64,000 bases of DNA, taken from contig OZ076409.1 in the NCBI GenBank assembly GCA_964187785.1, positions 43,402,001 to 43,466,000 of the forward strand. Direction: 5' to 3'. Positions 58,122 through 64,000 of this stretch are shown piece after piece; within the stretch, counting starts at the first letter, position 1; each line of letters opens with the position of its first letter. The notes below the pieces were generated by a model. That model made no database searches, was not told the origin of the DNA, and was given only the letters and a program-made list of their open reading frames with translations. The translations under genes were made by a program, and so were the position numbers. The DNA is from Amphiscolops sp. MND2022. Taxonomy: Eukaryota.

Positions 58122-61100
58122 TCTCATCAACCTTACATATCTCCCGCAACTGCTCCCACCAAATATATTCGCTGAGTTGCACGAACATTGTATGAACGAG
58201 CGAGCATGTAGTTAATTGAGTAAATATAAATCTTTGCTTTTTTCCTATTCTGTAATCATTTGAAAAAGTTTTGGTTGCCTCGTTTTCACCATATACAATA
58301 TTTCTTGCATGTACTTTAATACTTTGTCGTTTCATCGACTCATCATTTTTACTCCAAACTTTTCATTTTGTCCGATTCGTAGCCGTGACAATTTTTTCAG
58401 ACCGAGAGATTAAGTTTCCTGGATATGAAGTTTTGGTCTTTTCTGACAGGGTCCTTCCCTAATCTCAGTAGAGAAAACGGAAACTTAGATTTATATTTTT
58501 CGACAGAAAATAAAATTCAGGCAAATTTATCATCAAAAAGTGTTGAAAAGATTTGAAGTGTTCTATTTCTGCTTTGTTGAGATATAAGAAAACAATGTCA
58601 GTACTGATTTCTATTTTCTAATGCCAAACTGTATTGTAAATTTACGTTAACAACAATGGTTCCTTACGAAACTAATCTAGTGTACATATGTATAAAAATA
58701 TGTATAAACAAAAAGAGGAATAATTATAGTTTTTTGGTATATGTTCATTTTCAGTTTGATTGGCACTTCATTGAACTGAATAATTCGGACGCGGTATATC
58801 ACCGTTTAACATTCCCCCCTTCTGGGCTTCTCTTTCAGATCTTGGAAGTTCCCGGCATTGGGCTCATCTCTCTTTGGAAATCTGCTGGTTTCGGTAGTGC
58901 TGGTTCTGAACTACTTTGGTTATTTCCTGAAACAGATCATTTTTTATAACCAAAAGTTTTTTGTATATCGTACTCCCCCGTACAAATTCGGTTGACTACA
59001 TTTTCGGCTTGACCTTCTAACAGGTGATTTTTCGGTTTCTAGAAATTTATTTTCATTCTCACCGGTAGGCATCTCACCGTCAGTATGTAGTCTCAATTCG
59101 TCTTCGGGATTTGTGTTGATCGGCTTGTACCCGTTTCTTTCGGACGTATCCGGATTTTCCATCTCGAAGTCGCTTTCCTTGTCAATTTCACCATCCTCGC
59201 TTTCTGATTCCGATTCGTATTTATGTGTCCGGTTTTGAATGATTTTTAATTTTCCATTCAGTATATCGCGGAGTATTTCATTCCACTGAATGTATTTCCC
59301 GTCGACGCCTCGGAGACAGTGTCGATTCTTCGGTGTAATTTTGTCTCCGATTTGCGGTGCCCGTTCTTTTTTCTTTTCGGTCTGAAATACAATTGGTCCC
59401 GAATTGTGTTTTCGGTGAATTATTCTTCCACTCTCGGTGGTTACGGTATGTTCGGTTCCGCTTACCGCGGTTTGAATTTTCTTTTGAAATTTTCCTTCTA
59501 GTGATTTTCTATTGTAGTTTTTTTTCTACAAACTTAAAGGGATATTCACTAACCGAATGTTTCTTTTTCGGTTGTTTGTCCACCGCCTTTTCCTCGGCTT
59601 TGGTTTTTGCCATGACCAGGTAATTTGTTACATCCCCCACTTCATCTCTCGATACATACATTGGGATTTTTGGCTTTCTTTCAGCTGAAACAGATAGTTC
59701 CGTCCAATCAGAGAGAAATGATTTACCGTCTTTAACCAGATTGGTTAATTCGGTTCGCGGCTTTCTACCGTGGTGTAGTTCGAATGGCGTTAATTTTAAT
59801 CCGGTGTGTATTGTAAATCGCATTACTTTTAATGCTCTATTTACACATTCGGTCAGGCATAAATTGTCTTCTAAATTAGCCACTATCAAGTTCTTCATGG
59901 TTTGTATAGCGCGTTCTACTGCTCCCGTACCGGTATGTATTCTCGGTGTGCTGTATTCTATTTCAATGTTTTTCGATTCACAGAATTCAATGTAGTCTTT
60001 TGAAATAAATGCTCCGCCTTTATCCGATTTAATTTTTCCGGTATTCCGTACAAGTTAAAGTTTTGTTTTAGGAAGTTAATTACTTCTTTTGTTTCGGATG
60101 TTTTGCAAATATTTACGGTCGGCCATTTACTAAATCTATCTACCGCAATTAGTAGCTGGTTCTCTTCGTTCAATTTTTTATTGTGTAATTTTCCGGTAAA
60201 ATCGATTTGAATTTCTTGTCCCGGTTCGGTAAGTGTTTTTAATTTTCCGCTTTCGTTTTTCGGTAATTGATATTTTAAATTCTTACCGGATGATAAGCAG
60301 GCTACACAATTTTTGACTTTTTCTTCGATGTCTTTGGTGATGTTTGGCCACCAAAAGATTTTTGCTTCTGCTGCCATTTTGGTGGTTCCCGCATGTCCAA
60401 AGTGTCAGGTATTCAATAGCTTCTTTCGGAGTTCAGTTGGTACAATTATTTTGTCGTTTATGAAAGTTAGTCCCCATCTTGTTGAGATGTTTTCGAATTG
60501 TTGTCGATAATGTCCGGGTGCCATGCTGCGGTCTTCTCTTGTTATTGCTAGTTTTACCCGGTTTAGTTCGGCGTCCGTTGCCGATTTTGCAATTAGGCTT
60601 TTCAGGTCCAGCATGAAATCCATTTCCGCTTTCTTAATTGTTTCTTCGGTGACTTTCTTTCCTTCGGTGACCACTCCGATTATTTGATTGATTTGCACGT
60701 AGTGCGCCTTTTTCCCTTCCGTGTTGTAGTTCTTTAGATCAACAATTGGTAGATTGTCCCCGCGTATGATTTGATTTTCTCCTTCACTCTCCGGGTCATT
60801 TGATTGTTCTTCCGGCAATTGTTCTTCCATCGGGATTTGTTCCTGTTCTTCTCTAATTGTTTGTAGGGGTTGGTATCCTCCTCCCAACCTGTTTGCCCGC
60901 TGTACCAATTGTCCGTCTATTTCGGCGATTTCTTCCCTACTCCTTTTGTTCGGTCGGGATGGGACAAAGATTGTTCGTTGGGCATTCTGGTCATATCTTC
61001 TTCTCATTGTGCCGGGTCTAGCGATCTCTAGCCTTCTCTCCACTAATCTTCGTGTTTCCGGACTCTTTTCTCTCCTTTGTATAATTTGCATGATTTCGGC

Positions 61101-64000
61101 AGTTGCGCCCCAATGAAAGTAAACGCGGTCCATTTCTTTTTCGATTGATGCAGTTGCTGGTTTCAAATGATTATGTAATGGTAAAGTTTCTTGGCGTTTG
61201 AATTCTATCGCGTCGCTATTTGGACTGGTTTCCGTTCGTTCGTTTGTTTTGTTTACGTGTCGGATTTTCTCGAATGTTCTATTCGTTTCTGATTGGTCGC
61301 TCAATTCACAGTCGTGTGTAATTTTTGCGTTCGATGCGTGCTGTAATTGGTTTGTGAAAACTCTTCCGTATTTCAAAGTCAATTCGGTTTGTTCCGTGAG
61401 AGTATTTATTACGTATTGTTCATCATATGTGTTTTCGGTCGTGGCGCCCTCTACCGGATTGCGGCTTAAATAGTCCGTGAATTTCAAGTTGCTTCCGGCT
61501 ATATGTTGTATTGAGATATCAAAATGTGCTAGCCGGTCTAACCATCTGATTAGTCTTGCGCTGTATTGTTTGTTACATCTATTTCGTTTAATTAGGGGTT
61601 CTAATGCTTGGTGATCGGTGTATAAAAACACCTTTTTCCCGTATAAGTAAAAACAGAATTTTTCTAATCCCCATACAACTGCTAATAATTCAAGTTCTCC
61701 GATCGAATAATTCTTTTCGCTGTCATTAAGGAATCTACTACCGAACGCTATCGGTTTCAATTCTCCATCTGCTTGTTTTTGCCATAATGTTATTCCGAGA
61801 CCGGTTTTGCTTGCGTCGGTTGATACAATGTTGTCTTTATCTTTTGCGTAGTGTGCTAATGCCGGTTCTTCGGTGAGCATTTTTTTGATCATTTCGAAAT
61901 CATTTTGCTGTTCCGTTTCCCATTTCCATTCTGTATATTTCTTCAGTAGTTTTCGTAATTTGTCGGTTTTTTCTGACAGTCTCGGTAGGAGTTTTGCCAG
62001 GTACTGTATTGCTCGAGAAACGATTTTAATTGCTTCGGATTTTCCGGGTGTTTCAAATCCAGTATGGCTTTGACTTTTTCTTTGTTTGGTTTTATTCCTT
62101 CTTCGTCTATTTCATGTCCGAGCCATTTCATTTTGTTTTGAAAGAATTCGGATTTCTCCTCACTTGCTCTATAACCGGCATCTTCCAATTTCTTCAGTAC
62201 ATCGAACAGTTTCTTTTCGTGATCTTTTCGGTCTCCCCGTGTTACTACTATAATATCGTCTAACCATGCGGGTGTACAATATTCCAGTGTTCGATCAATT
62301 TTTTCCTGGAAAATTGTGGGTATGTCGGCTAGTCCGTAGAATCCCTTTTTAAATCGGTAGTACCCGCTGAAATTTCCCCCGGTAATTGCAAATACACATT
62401 GTCTGCTTGTTCCTTCCGATAACATCATTTGACCGTAGGCATAATCGAGATCTATTTTTGACATCATTAGTTCTTTCGTTCGGTCTTTTGTTATTTCCAC
62501 CGAAATTTGGTTCAGCAGTTCCTCCATGTTCGGCATCTGAGGTCGGACTTTTATGCAACTGTCATTCAGTTTTCGTGAATCGAGTGCTATTTTTACCGAT
62601 TTATCGTTTTTCACAGTTATCACTACCGGTGACACAAAACAGTCTTCTTCTACTTGTTTTACTCTTTCCAAGTGTCCGGATTTCGTTATTTTTTCAATTT
62701 CTTTTCCAACTGCTTCTTGTAGATGAAGAGGGATCGGTCTTGCTTCTTGTTTTACCGGATAATGTCCCGGTTTCAATTGTATATTTATTTCAGCATCTTT
62801 TATGGTTGTGCTATTCTTGAACAAGTCCGGAAATTTCTCTACGATCTGTCTCTTTTCTGATTGGTTGTTATCGTCCAATCGGATGTTGCCGATTGTTAAT
62901 TTGAATTTCTTTAACCAGTCCATTCCAAGTAGTGGTGTTATGTCATTTCGTTCGGTAATTAATAGTTGCATCTTTTGTTTTTTGTTCTCATATTCGATGT
63001 CTACCGGTATCTTTCCCCGGAATTTTACTTCGTTCTTGTTTACATCTTGGTACCGGTGTCTCACTTTTTGAATTTCGGTATCTTTCACTATTGTTTTATC
63101 CGCCGGCATCATCGATATTGGTGATCCGGTGTCTATTATAAATTCTTTGTCCGTTCCGCTGATTTTCACTGTCGTTGTTAAATTTTTGTTTTTGTCCACG
63201 ATTCTGTTTATTCTTTCAATTCTGTAGATACTCGATTCTGATTCGTCGCTTTCTTCATCAATTGTTGAGGCTTCGTTCTCGGTTACATTCCGTATTTTGC
63301 GTTTGTGATAATCTTTTTGTCTGCATGCCCGGGCGAAGTGGCCCTTCTTTCCGCAATTATTGCATGTCTGATCTAATGCTGGGATCTTGTGTTATTGGTT
63401 CCAGTTCGGTGCATTGCAGAATCTGCATGGTCTGTTATTGTTGAATTTATTTCTCGGTCGTGTGTTAAATTTGTCCATTCTCTGTATCGGTTCTTCCTTA
63501 ATCTCTTTTTCGCGGTTTGATATCAGTGCTTCCGGTATTGTGTTTTTGTTGTTTTTCTTCTCGTATGTGTTTTGCTTGATCATTTCTATCGCTTTTTTCA
63601 TCTCGAGTTTTTTTCTTTCATCAATTTGTCTCGGAGTTTCTTGTCCGTAATTGCGGTCATGAATTTGGAAATGAGTAGTTCTTCGGCTGTTATGCTTTCG
63701 AAGTTGCATTCTTTTTCGATTTCTATCAGTCTTCGCCAGAAGTCTTCTGGTGTTTCGGATTCTGTTTGTTTAGTCCAGAAAAATTCTCCCCGGTTGTGAT
63801 ATGTATTTCTTTTCGGTAAGAAATACTCGTTGAATAGCCGGATTATTTCTTTGATTGCAATTTTGTCCGGTTCTGTCTTGTACTCTGCTCTTGTCATTTG
63901 GTATAGAGCTTCTGGGCCGATACCTCATATGAAATCGTCTTGTACTTGGTTTTCTTTTGTGGCCCAGTCTGCTTGCGTCATGTCTTCTCCTCGGATCAAT
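58118..64000 (-). mobile_element. Ty3/Gypsy LTR retrotransposon (gag-PR-RT-RH-IN) with several frameshifts; 5' end lies outside the window
   Basis: Gag CCHC (~63325-63365), protease IIDTGS, RT AWLDDII, RNase H STDASKTGLG, integrase at 59509-60377. PPT AAGGGGGAA is next to LTR TGTTA at 58811. Confidence 0.95.

Overview
Eukaryotic (animal-like), repeat-dense genomic DNA. The centrepiece is a full-length 14,310-bp Polinton/Maverick (adintovirus-like endogenous dsDNA virus) at 9641-23950, with 240-bp TIRs starting AGTAGT and a 6-bp TSD (GAAGTT). It encodes a packaging ATPase, integrase, minor and major capsid proteins, an adenain protease, a PLA2-like protein and protein-primed PolB. Three features of it stand out. 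(i) The PolB gene appears to carry three small phase-1 GT-AG spliceosomal introns, two of which extend PolB with a Ser-rich/acidic tail. (ii) The integrase has an N-terminal PHD-like finger and lacks the usual C-terminal chromodomain. (iii) ORF1 has an HUH-Rep-like motif pattern. The empty pre-insertion site survives in a 5.1-kb tandem duplicate at 29046-29051. To the left lies a decayed Helitron-like RepHel gene interrupted by a Tc1 (DD34E) element and MITEs, and partly amplified in a ~1.84-kb tandem array. To the right lie nested tandem duplications (24-35 kb), two exons of a host MVB12 (ESCRT-I) gene, MITEs that share one internal core, Helentron-like non-autonomous elements, a degenerate BEL/Pao LTR element, a LINE relic and Ty3/Gypsy elements. 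All calls are by eye; no database searches were run.
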